DNA of 64,000 bases. It comes from Ramazzottius varieornatus (Eukaryota > Animalia > Tardigrada). Each line of letters begins with the position of its first letter. Position 1 is the first letter of the stretch. The stretch is from contig BDGG01000005.1 in assembly GCA_001949185.1 (NCBI GenBank), positions 2,469,249 through 2,533,248 on the forward strand, read 5' to 3'. The notes under the pieces are model-generated. The model was not told the DNA's origin and did no database searches. It saw only the letters and a list, made by a program, of their open reading frames with translations. Below are positions 1-11,476 of the stretch, piece after piece. The translations under genes and the position numbers were made by a program.

Positions 1-826
1 ACAGAACGCATACAGTGTCGCCATGAAGGAATTTAGTTCCGCGTTCTTGGCCTCTGCTCAAAATTAGCACTTTACTTAAATCTAACTCCATGGCTTAACT
101 TGCCGAGGTTCCCACCAAGATTGTGAAAACCTGTCAACTTCTGAACAGGACCAGCATTTCCATAGATAAGATTTGGTCTAATCGTACAGCCACTTTCCAT
201 TCGGGACAAATGATGGCCCACCTAATGTGTACCCCGTCGCCTTTGTCCAGTCAAACGCAAAACCAATGGAGAGGTGATCAAGGATGTAGTTCGTTGATCG
301 AGTTATTTTTTATGATCCTGTATAACCTTGCTATGTAAACTGATTTTTCACAATGTTTGGTTCCATTCCGAAGGCAAAACAGGTTCCACAAATTAATCGC
401 ACTACGCTGTGTTTTCTTTTCTAGAAGAACTTATTCCTTCAAATAACAGCGGCACGTAGGAACCAGGCAAAAAAGCAACCCTACGCAATACTACTGTGTT
501 TCAAGACAGAACTGTAATATCTTGAAAACTGGCGAATATCCTCTTTGTCTTGCATTTTTTATGTACCGTAATTTTGGGTAATCCTTGAGGTCGTAACTCG
601 TCCAAAGCGTTAAAGCGATCATGCCACATTGCTGAAAATAGGAAGGACTAATCTAGGTTCCCGAAATCCCTTGATGTACCTGCGTCTTGTACCGGGAGAA
701 ATTCATCGTACGTCGTGGTGTGAGTCTCCACATTCCCCCCCCCCCACTTTCACTGCGCAGAACCGCCTCCACTGTGTGTATAACGTTTTTCCATATTTGC
801 TTATTATGAGGGCATTATCCTTGCAG

Positions 827-2680
827 TCAGTCGCAGCTGGAGAAGCAGGTGCAGAACCTGGAGGCCAAGCTACGGCAAGCGGAAGACTTGATTGCCGATT
901 TGCAGCATCGTTTATCGCAGTCGTTAGATGCTCGTCAACAACTGGAGAGTGACATTAAGGTACGACCGGTCTAACCACAAAAAGGTTGAAAGTCAAAACC
1001 CTGACCATAAAACGTGCAATAATCATATGACTATTTTCGCAGGATTTAAAGACACAGATCAATACGCTGAAGACCCAGTTCAACACGCTGCAGCATGATT
1101 ACGACAACGAGCGCGTTCGCACTGCCGACTTGGAAAACAAGTTACAGACCAAGGAGGAGGAATATGAATTCGAGAAAAATGCGTTACATGAGGTGAGACC
1201 TTACCTTCACCTTGAGAAAAATTATGATCGATGTACCACGCTTCATTGATCCCCGCGGAATCTAATTATGATCTGCCGAAGTATGCTAATCCGTATTTGA
1301 GACGTGCGCAAGTAAACCAAATGGCTTTCCGAAGTGGCGCACACTCTGCTAACAACGATGCGATCGTCATCTCAGGTGGCGCATTTTGACGTTGTCACTA
1401 TTAGAGAGTGTGCGCCACTTGTACTAACGATTTGGTTCAGTGCATTTGCCCAGGTCTGCTTTAGAAGTCACCGATCAAAACTATGAGACAAATTGAAATG
1501 ATTTCCATGCAATGCTCAAAACTTTAGAGTCTGCGGGAGGAGAAATCTCAACGACAGTATTTGATGAACGATCTGCAACGAGGTCTTCAAGATGAGTTCG
1601 AGTCCAAGCTGGTCCAACAGCTCCAAGAACTCCGTAACGAGTACGAGGACATGATCAAGAATGTCCGAGCGGAAGTTGAAGGCAAGTCTGATGATCGTAT
1701 CCGAGCCCTGATGCAACTGTCGGACCAACACACCGACACCATCACGCGGCTGCAGAACGAGATCGACGAGTGGCGAACCCGTTCGACCCAGACACAGGCC
1801 GATCTTGACCGACTCCGCAAAGAGGTTTGTCCTTCAGTCTGGATTACAGTATAAACTGAGCTTAGTAGGAAACGTTGGATGATTTCGCAGAATGCTGACC
1901 TAAGCTCGAAGTTGAGCGACGCTCAGAGGACCAAGGACGAGCAAATTCGCGCCTTGCAAAAGCAGATTCAGCAACTTCAGGAGTCGCTCCAACGCGTTCA
2001 CGAAGATCTGGGTGACTTAACTCGTCAATATCAAGATCTGCTCTATGTCAAGCTTGCCCTGGATGCCGAACTTGCCACCTACAACAAACTTCTTTCTGGA
2101 GAAGAGCAAAGGTAAGCCGTAAAAGCCTTCGCCGACAGGATCTGCAATCTTCAGGGAGTTAGAAAGTCACATACATTACGAAAATATCTGAAACATAGTC
2201 AACGTTTGACATGTTTTGAGGTATCGTACAGTACATCAAGCTATTTTTGTGCCAGATTATTAAGTGCCAGAAACCACTGAATGAACCATGGTCAATGGAG
2301 GATTGTTGAGGTAGGCGGTAGTATTACAGTATTTTTCCACATTATTTTCCAGGCTTGGTATGGACGGAAGCTCAAGAGTGACCACGACCCGGACCACCGC
2401 GACCACTCCCTACACTACCGGCGGAACCTCTTCGACCATCAAGAGCACCTACACTCAACGACCGACATACACGTACACTCCCGTCATAACGACCCCGACA
2501 GATGCTCGAAGCACGACCGGTCGTTACACGCCGATTGGAAGTACCTCCATCATCAACCGCCAGCCTTCACCCGGTGCCACTTCCGTTGGTCGTGAACGTG
2601 ACGTACCCATTCTCCGCGAACAAAAGATCACGGAAACCTTCAAAGCTACCGGCCGCGTTGGACCGCGAACGGATTGGTAG
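827..2680 (+). CDS. cytotardin: Cytotardin (lamin-derived cytoplasmic intermediate filament of eutardigrades); 3' part, 5' exons lie upstream of the window
   Basis: Exons ~827-959, 1043-1192, 1528-1824, 1891-2111 and 2353-2680 splice GT-AG in frame. They encode a lamin-like rod ([18 protein letters not shown]; [14 protein letters not shown]; rod-end [20 protein letters not shown]) and a Thr/Ser-rich tail with no Ig fold, NLS or CaaX, ending [20 protein letters not shown], which I recognise as the cytotardin C-terminal motif. Confidence 0.9.
1332..1420. repeat. Intronic inverted-motif element, family A
   Basis: AAGTGGCGCACACTCT (1332-1347) and AGAGTGTGCGCCACTT (1405-1420) form a perfect 16-bp inverted repeat. 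An inner arm AGGTGGCGCA at 1374 gives a 47-nt span. Lies in cytotardin intron 1193-1527. Confidence 0.85.
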
Positions 2681-3177
2681 AACCTTCGTCTATAGTGGAC
2701 TCGAGTTACCCGGTTGGAGAACCTCACTGGTGACATGTGTCGATTCAGTTTCCCGGTTCAGATTGAAGCCCGCTTTATCGACCAAGAATGCCACACTTAT
2801 GCTACCTTTTGCCCTTCCACTTACTGCAGTAATCATTTTTACGCCAAAAATTGGTAATCGTTGTGACAGTCTTAACAAACCGTGTTTGGCGTCTGTATAT
2901 CAGGACTACGTACTAACCAAATACTCTGTCCAGCTTCAAAGATACTGCCGAAACGTTCGAACACTTCACAAGTCTTTTTGTTCTGCATCCTTCCGACCCC
3001 GCGGTGCTGCATAACTAACTCCACAATGCTAATTTTTTTGAAAAACAAAGCGGGATAATCAAGTGAGGTGGTTAAAACGATAGAATACGAAGTGTGGCAA
3101 ATAAGAAATACTGTGAAGTTTTGTCACAAGAATTAAGTTTGATTCACGGGGATCCCTGAAGCTGAACGAGTGGCATT

Positions 3178-4529
3178 TCAAGGTGACAATCTTTCGTAGA
3201 ACCACCCATCTTCTCCAACATGCGTTAGCTTCTCATCGAGCTTCTCACCTGGAGCTGGTCGGCGAAAGCGGATGCGGTCGTGTAGGCGGTTAGTCTGTCC
3301 TTGCCAAAACTCTACAGTCTCCGGTACAAGGTTGAACCCGCCCCTGCAAACGAACCATGTTGATAGCGTCCTTGATCTATACCAGACGTTGGCCAGAGAA
3401 ACCCTAAAGCTTACCAAAATGAAGGCCTGGGTAGCGGCTGGCCTCTGTTTTCACTTCCGGCATACAGCGCCTCAGCTTGGTCCGCCAGAAAGTTCCTGTC
3501 AGGAACCACAGTGCTTTGCCGGCTGATCGTGGCAGCCACTTGACTTCCAAGAGGTCGCTGCTGGAAGTACTCTGTCGATTCTTCCTCTGTGAGCTTCTCA
3601 ACAGCGCCTTCTATTCGAACCTGCCCAGCCCATGAAAATCAGATCCGTGTGCCCATCTGTCATTATGATACCGCGTTTAAGTTTGCTTCCTTACCGAGCG
3701 ATCTTTGTGGTCCCAGTAAAACATCATGCATGCTCTTGGATTAGCAGCCTGAAACTCATAACCCCTCAATAAACAAAAGTGAGAAAAATGTCGGTTACAC
3801 TAGCCCTCCGCTTACTAATTCCGATCCCTTCCTGCTTTCGTAGTTGGTGAAAAACCGGAAACCTTGCTTGCTGAAGCCCTTGAGGAGAACCATGCGGCAA
3901 GACGGTTTTCCATCCCTGAAGAGAGGCACCGACTGCATAATGAGATAGCCAATAAAGCTTGATTGCGCTGCTTACGGTGTGGAGGTAGCAAGAGCGACTG
4001 CGTTGGGTTCCTTGATTCCCGGCGTGTTACAGGTTTCCGCGAACCATTGTCTAAATTGTTCAATTGGCTCGAGAGCTTTCAGGTCACTCTCCAGGAAAGG
4101 GTTTTTCGAATTGTGATACGGTACACGCATTCCTAGAAGACAAAGTTTTGATGGTAGCTCAGATAAGAAATTTGGAAGAACAGCCTGCAAGATGCATCAC
4201 ACAAAACCGTAAGAGACAACCGACTGACACATGACGTCATTGTGAAGCGAGTGAAAGTCGCTGTGTTCGTATCCCAAATTGCGCGAGTTCGTAAGGAAAA
4301 TATTACCTGAGAGATCCACAGCATTGTCCGCAGACATCGGTGGATCCCTGACAGCTTCCATGCTCCCAGGACTGTTACGCACAAAAACCTTATTCAGGAA
4401 GCGTCTCTGACGAACTGAGGAGCAGCGCAAAGGAGCAAGCATGTACGAAACAGGGACTGAATCAGGAGGAGTGATCAGTGAGGCAGCTGCCTCTGTGGCA
4501 GATAGAGACAATCGCGTCGCAACTTTCAT
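3178..4529 (-). CDS. PNPO: Pyridoxamine 5'-phosphate oxidase
   Basis: Spliced exons give MRVPY...[11 protein letters not shown]...EPNAVALAT...[13 protein letters not shown]...[10 protein letters not shown]...[17 protein letters not shown]...GWFYERLSP*. Start codon is uncertain (ATG at 4529, 4442 or 4361). Confidence 0.95.
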
Positions 4530-4741
4530 TCATCACTGTGTAAGGCACAATCGATCGTCGATGGAATGTCTAGGACCAGGCTCTTCAGAGTAAGTGTAAC
4601 GCTCCCGAAAAGGAAGACATCTAAGAAAGAAAACTGTCCTGACTCCTGTGTGTCGCAGTGTGTGATACGGGATTTTCTTCCGGTCGCATATTATGATGAC
4701 TCGCAAGTCTCGCATCTTCCAGTGCGATAACGTCACAGTAG

Positions 4742-4742
<1 letters not shown>

Positions 4743-4777
<35 letters not shown>
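4743..4777. repeat. (CA)17 microsatellite in the PNPO/UQCC4-like divergent intergenic region
   Basis: Direct reading of the sequence. Confidence 0.95.
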
Positions 4778-4779
<2 letters not shown>

Positions 4780-4942
4780 CGTCAGCTGTTTTGATCGTTG
4801 ATTGAAAAGCTTTCTGCAAAGCATTCGATGGTTTTTCCACGACTGCCTCGTCCGGATCCGCTCCGCTTCTTCTGAATCTTCCTCTAAATCTGGACCGCGG
4901 GACTAGCTTTTCCCTTTAGTTTATGTGAACGGAAGCGCCGGA

Positions 4943-5635
4943 ATGTCGTATTTACTGTATCGGTGTGGATTCGTCCAAAGGATATCTCGAAGACGCGTCG
5001 TAGCCCCATTTGGAACGCTTTTGCAAAGCGGGATTCCCATCTCAGCGTCATTTCACCCCGTGGCGTTACTCTCCACGTCTCCCTCTCGCAGAGCTTTCGC
5101 CAAGAAGGAACCGATAAAGTATTCGGAAGTTGTTGATGAAGAAGATAAGCCTATCCAGTATTCGAGCAGCAAAGCCTTCAAGCATCGCGTTCTGGTAATA
5201 CGACATCTTTTGAATTCTTTTCCATTATTCCGCAATAATTCCCAGTACTGTAAGTTTTTTTTACCTTTCTAGAATCTTGAAGAAGATGATATTCACGCGG
5301 TAATATCCAGGAGAGTGATATTTAGCAGTCTGCTGGTTTTTATGTTTTACTTCTTTTACCTTCGAGATGAGAACGATGTGGATCGGCAGATGAAACTTCC
5401 TCTTTGGGAAAAGATTCCCGGACTTGAAAGACAAACCCTGCAGGCTTTGATTCAGCACAAGCGGGAGAAGGGAATGGACGCTAGTGTTGAACAAGCCAGG
5501 CTACGGCAGGTTATCAAGGAAGAACAGGAAGGACACGGCGCCTCTTTCCGGAAGTTTGAACAGCCACCGCCAGTTGTAAAAGAAGTTGGCCCTCTAACAT
5601 CGCGTACTGCACCCGAAGGGGGAGCTTCTCGATGA
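4943..5635 (+). CDS. UQCC4: CCSMST1/UQCC4 (C16orf91)-family mitochondrial single-TM protein
   Basis: Two exons (4943-5194, 5273-5635). Arg-rich presequence-like N-terminus, PIQYSSSKA motif, TM segment VIFSSLLVFMFYFFYL followed by RDENDVD...LWEKIPGLE, as in invertebrate CCSMST1 proteins. Confidence 0.7.
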
Positions 5636-6217
5636 GTAGTCTTTCGATCTGTATCTCTGCAAGTATGAATGTAATCGTTCTAGCAAAAGTAAGTGTGCCT
5701 TGTGAATTCAGTTTCATTTTGTCTGGAGAAGAGGGGATTTTCCGAATTTCGGCTTTGTATCGTTCATTTTGGCGGATGACGTCTTAAAGACACTGCATGG
5801 ACTGGTGATTCATTCAAAGAGATTTTGCGTCAGTGGGTGGCATTTCCACGGTTCCATTCGACAAATTACACATTCTCAAAGTCAGAGCGATAACTAAACG
5901 TCATCTGCGGTGTAAAAAGCCATCAGCTGTCCTTCAGTCTGACTTCATCGACGTTCTTGAACGTCTTTCCATCATCTTTCGTCGGTAGGAATCACTTGCC
6001 GGAACCGTTGACCCAGCTGCGTCTATTACAGATTGTCGGGAACAGGACCAAAAAGAAGCTTTCCGGAACAACCCTCCTCTGCTTGTCCCAAGGACGGAGG
6101 TTCCTTCATCATAAACCTACCAGCCAAAGCGTCATTGTTCTTTCAGAAGCCTTCCAATAAGATCCAGGCAGTTCAACGGACTCAAACGAGCAGTCACGTC
6201 TTCAGGAGGTATCGAAG

Positions 6218-9200
6218 ATGGCCACTGGAGCTGTGCAGAATAATCAACAACAGCTCAACGGAAGTGCCCCCACGTTAGGGACGGAACAACCTGGAAACTA
6301 TAATGGGCAAAGAGGCGCCAATAGTGTTGCATCCCGAGGAGGACGAGGAAATGGACGTGGCAGCCAACTCAGCCGTGGAGGAAAGGGAGGAAATAACGGT
6401 GGACGAAACTACAATGATTATGACGGAACCGGAAGTCAGGGTTATCCTCCCCAAGACGCAAGAAACTCTGTAAGAAATTACGAGTACGGCAACCGATATG
6501 GTTATGAGAATGGACGAAATGGAAGACAGAACCAAGTTAACGGAGAGGATAACTGGAATCAAGGCTACGGATTCGGCCATCAAGAGAACTACCCGGACAA
6601 CCGCCAGCCTAATCTACCGAGATCGCAACAGAACAACGCACGTAGAACCAACTACGCTCGTGGAAATCGAGGAGGACAACGTCAATTCCAGGAACAAGAA
6701 AACCGTCCAGGAAATGTCACTAATTTTCAGCGGGATCTTTATCAGCCAGCGCAGCAGGGACGTGGAAGTGGATATCAGGAGGACTCTGGTCGCCTTCGGG
6801 ATGGTGTCCCGAACGGAGCGATCGTCCAGCCTTCACAAGGAAGTCAAGATGCTCGTTTGTTGCCCAGTGTGGTTCTGCGACAGACAGCTGTCCAAGCGAC
6901 TGCGTCGAAGAGACCTGCCCCGAGAAAAGTCGACATGAACCAGCGCGGTAAGTCCATGTCCCCATGAAGATTCTGGATATGTCTACCTGTTGATTGAAGA
7001 TTTGACGTCATGATTTTATGGTGGAAACGCAGTAGTTTGCATCCGCTTTAGCTGACACGGTTGGTGACGTACTGCGCCATCGAAAGTTCCAGGGTCGGTG
7101 TTTTCCGTCTTTGATTGGCTCTTGCTTTCTGTTACAGAACGCCTGATGGAAGACCTGACCAAGGAAAGGCTGGAATGTCAGTTCTGCTACGATCGAATGT
7201 GGACCAAGCAGTCGATTTGGAGCTGCGAAAGCTGTTACAACGTCTTCCACTTGAAGTGTGTGAGGAACTGGGCGACTACGAGTATGAGAGATTCTGAAGG
7301 TAATTTCTTCTTCCCCATCGAGTATCCCCTTTTGAATGCTCTCAGGCTTACAGCTTTGTAGTCTGATTGATGAGCGTTATTGCAGATGGAACTTGGCGTT
7401 GCATGATATGCCAAGTGACGTTGGATGAAGAACCTCGACAGTACCTCTGCTTTTGTCGCAAGCAGGAAAACCCAGAATGGAATCCCAATATCACTCCGCA
7501 TTCCTGCGGGCAGGTTTGCGAGAAAGGCAGTGCGAAAGGCAACGCTGGCGCAGGTAACGTATAAGTTTCTCTTTCCAAGTGGCGCGCTCCTTCAGCCATC
7601 ACCACCGAAAACGTGCGCCACTTGGGAAAATAATTTGCCAAGATGTTTTTGCCGAGCGTCCAGTTTTTGACTGAAACTTTTGCCCCAATGTTGATCATGA
7701 CGGTATATTGATTGACAGGTTGTGAACATCCTTGTACGTGCCTTTGCCATCCCGGTCCCTGTCCGCCCTGTCAGCGTCAAGTAACCCGCACTTGTGGCTG
7801 CGGCAAGACGTCTTTTAGCGAACAGTGTTCCTCCAGTACCGTCCATACGTGCTCAGACAAGTGTGATAAGCTCTTGTCCTGCGGTAAACACGGCTGCACA
7901 CAGTTGTGCCACGCTGGTCCGTGTGATGAATGCTTAGTCACAGTCGAGAAGGCTTGTCATTGTGGAAAGACAGTCAGGGTCCTCTCATGTATCGAGAACT
8001 CGAACCTGACAGGAGGCTTCAGTTGCGTGTCGGTGTGTGGAAAGCAACTAGACTGCGGCAACCATTTCTGTGAGAAGACTTGCCATCAAGGGCCGTGCTC
8101 GTCCTGTGCGCGATCGCCTGCACTGGTCAAGACCTGTGCTTGTGGAAAGTGCAGGGTGGAAGAGCTGAGAGCCAAGCCGAGAAAGAGCTGCTTGGACCAT
8201 CTGCCAACGTGTGGGGATGTCTGCGGGAAGATGCTGACGTGTGGAACGGCCAAGAGTCCGCACTTCTGTGAGAGCACCTGCCACGATGCCAACTGCCCAC
8301 CTTGTGGCAAGAAAACGGCGGTCCCATGTTCCTGTGGATCTTCCACCCAGGTACCATAAGACTTCTCCATTTCATTACCAAAAACAAAATTTTCCGGCGT
8401 GTATCACACATGTTGCAAGCAGAAATTGGCATTTGGGAAATAGTACCCACTTGACCGGGGGCAGTATTTCTTGCACCTGTGACCTGTCATAGTTTCGTAT
8501 TGGCAACAGTTTAGTTCTCACCCTGTAGTGGGGGGTGATTACTTATGGATCGTGGCGCAGTGCGGTTTTTATTGCAGTATCCGTCACCGAATATATGTTT
8601 GACAGGTTGTTCAGTGTAAGGATTTGACGCCTGAAGTCCGTCAATGGAGATGTCCTAAGAAATGCCAAAAGAAGATGCTGTGTGGTCGGCACAAGTGCGA
8701 GAACATTTGTTGCAACTTCGACGAGCACGTCTGCCTCAAGACTTGTGGCAAACGTCTTACCTGTGGCCTCCACAACTGCGAGGATCCTTGTGGCCATCCT
8801 GGGAACTGCCGTCGCTGTCTGAACACTTCCTTCGAAGAACGGACCTGTCATTGTGGTTATACTGTCCAGCAACCACCCATTCCCTGTGGCGCCCCTTTAC
8901 CTGACTGTCCCCGACCCTGTGCCAGAGAGCACGCTTGTGGCCATCCGCCTACGCACTCATGCCATGGTGAAGCCCAGTGTCCACCTTGTACGTTCCTCTG
9001 TGAGAAGGCGTGCTTTGGTGGACATGAATCCAGGAAGAACATTGCCTGTCACTTCCAAGGCATCTCGTGTGGAAGACCCTGCGGGAAAGAATTGGCGTGC
9101 GGGGTGCATAAGTGCAAACGACTATGTCATGCCGGCGAGTGTCAAGGTGCGAAAGAAAGTGTATCACAAATCGACTTGGTTAACTCAGACGAAATACATG

Positions 9201-10535
9201 AATTGGGAGGCGCACAAGATTATTATCTAATCTGGCGTACTTTTGCAATATAATTGGCTGGAGGCATGCGCCGATTAAGACATCGATCTTGTAATTCGCC
9301 AATTTTAACCGTAAATAGAGCAGAAGTGATGTAGCAAGATGGCAAGGCAATGACAATGGCAAGGGGTTTCTCCTTGTTTCAAACAGCTTCAGATAATTAC
9401 AGTAGAGATTTGGAAATGATTGTCCTCCTTTTGTTGCAGAAAGAGAACAAGGTGAGAAGTGCTCCCAGTTGTGTTCGCTGGTCCACCGAAAGTGTGGACA
9501 TGCCTGTGGAGTTCCTTGTCATGGACTGACCAAGTGTCCGGTGACGCCTTGTAAAGCCATGGTCGATGTGACCTGCGAGTGTAAGTTACGAAAGGACAGA
9601 GTACCGTGTCACCAGCATGAGAAGCTGTTGAAGGAATACCTGAAACGAAAAGGTACGATGGATGCTGGGAAGAAAGGATTCAAACTGGACGACTTACGTT
9701 ACGCCATGCCCACCGATGTGTAAGTTATTTCATCAAACGTCATAGAAAAATGGCAGACGGTTGGGAGCTTTGTGAACAGACTCTACAAGATTTTTTTTCA
9801 AGTGGTGCAGTGTTTCAGTGTTGATGGCTGAAGACGTGCGTCAATTGGGAAAACGGTCCTGTCGATTTTTTTCGCCTAGGTTCCAATAATTGTCGAACTT
9901 GTAATGTTGAAATAAAGACGATAACCAAGTATTGATGATGAGGCTGGATTATTTTTAGGCTGGAGTGTGATGATGAATGCCACAAAGTCGCCCGGAACAA
10001 AGGCATGGCAGCTGCTCTCGACATCGACCCAGACCGAGTGTCCAGTCCTTCCGCCACCGGTCCGCCCATCCCCATTTACAGTGAGCAACTCAAAGACATC
10101 GCTCGCAGAAACTTTAAGTGGGCCTCACAGATCGAAAACATCATCATGGCACTGGTCAAGAACGTCAAAGATACTTCGGCCAAGCGGCGCATGCAGCAGT
10201 TGCAGCCCATGAATTACGACCAGCGTAAGTTCGTCCATGAACTAGCTAGCTACTACGGGTGCACTACGCAGAGTGAGGACTCTGAGCCGCTAAGGAATGT
10301 TAGTGTGGTGGCCAAGTTGGATAGTGCAGTTATGCCGGTAGTGCCGCTGTTCAGCCTGGTGGCCGCGGAGAGACCGGCCAAACAGACGGCCAAGTGTCCG
10401 TTCAAGACTTCGGTGGGCAGTGCTGCGCCGAGTCAGCCGGTAATGGGCAAGAATGTCTCGCTGAATGTTCCGAAAGTAAAGAAGAGTGAGAATAGTGGAT
10501 CGGTTATCGATTACTTTGACTATACTTCAGACTGA
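6218..10535 (+). CDS. NFX1: NFX1/Shuttle craft-type zinc-finger protein (RING/PHD, repeated NF-X1 Zn fingers, R3H)
   Basis: CQFCYD...[19 protein letters not shown]...WRCMICQ RING/PHD; many CGxHxCxxxCHxGxC fingers; C-terminal R3H domain ([33 protein letters not shown]). About 7 exons. Confidence 0.93.
7577..7623. repeat. Intronic inverted-motif element, family A
   Basis: AAGTGGCGCGC...GTGCGCCACTT, 47-nt span, followed by GGGAAAA; NFX1 intron. Confidence 0.85.
9230..9276. repeat. Intronic inverted-motif element, family A (degenerate)
   Basis: ATCTGGCGTAC...ATGCGCCGATT, 47-nt span; the spacer resembles the family consensus in reverse; NFX1 intron 9147-9439. Confidence 0.6.
9800..9846. repeat. 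Intronic inverted-motif element, family A
   Basis: AAGTGGTGCAG...GTGCGTCAATT followed by GGGAAAACGGTCCTGTCGA, 47-nt span; last NFX1 intron. Confidence 0.75.
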
Positions 10536-11476
10536 CGAATGATTCTTTGAGCCGGTTCAAGTTTTATTGCATCCGTGAATCCTCCTCATCTTTTTTGTCC
10601 TCAGATTTGTGCCTTCCTTCCTTAAACTGACCTATCGTCTCTGCTGACCAAAGTTGCCTGAAAAAGAACGATATGTATTCTACGAGGAAAGCTCAATTTA
10701 ACAGAATTTAATAATGATTAAATATACAATGAGAATGATGCCTACCCACGCCATTATGGACAGTTTTCGGGTTGTTGGAAAGGAGAACATAAGTAATTAA
10801 AGCCTTTGTACCCCGCTAAACCGGCGCATCGACCATGTGGTTTCTTTCGATTTGGGAGCTTCCAATTTCGTCTTTCAAAAACTGAGAAAGACAAGCCCAA
10901 GAAGTTTTGGCGGTGGTCTCACAACATATGACCTCGGCTTTCAAAATACGAGTTTACTTCTCTCGTCAGTTGATGCACCCGACGAAAATGAAATACGTGG
11001 GGGTAAATAATTCTTCCGGTCCCATCTGCCCCAAGTTTCTCTCCTCAGCTCCATCGTAAAAGTTTTGTCTATGCCTTAAAAAATCAAAACGAGTTTGCTG
11101 GTTTAAAATGCCATCAAGAACTCGAAATTCCATCAGTGAAGTGGAGAAAAAAATTTGAAAATTTACTGTGGCAGAAACCGACAAATCAGCTTTCTAGCTA
11201 GGGTGATTTTTCTGCAACTGTGACAAGACAGGCGATTGCGTACTACTTCAGTATACCTGAAGATTGCTTTCGATTAACATGCGTGTAAAATTGCTCCCCA
11301 GAAGAAGCTAGTTCGATGCGGTCGGATTAATTGGACACGCACCATGTCAGGCGGTGACCTGCCGCATTACAGAATGGGTAAAAGCACGAAACTATTTTCA
11401 GGATGCGGAACTAGTTGTATTTCCAGAGAAGAGAATACAGGACAACAGTCATAGATGTACCAGAGGATACCGTACA

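Noticed and set aside
11238-11260. Minus-strand similarity to miR-275 (TCAGGTATACTGAAGTAG)
   Set aside because: Contains an indel relative to the mature miRNA, and no complementary arm is present to form a pre-miRNA hairpin.
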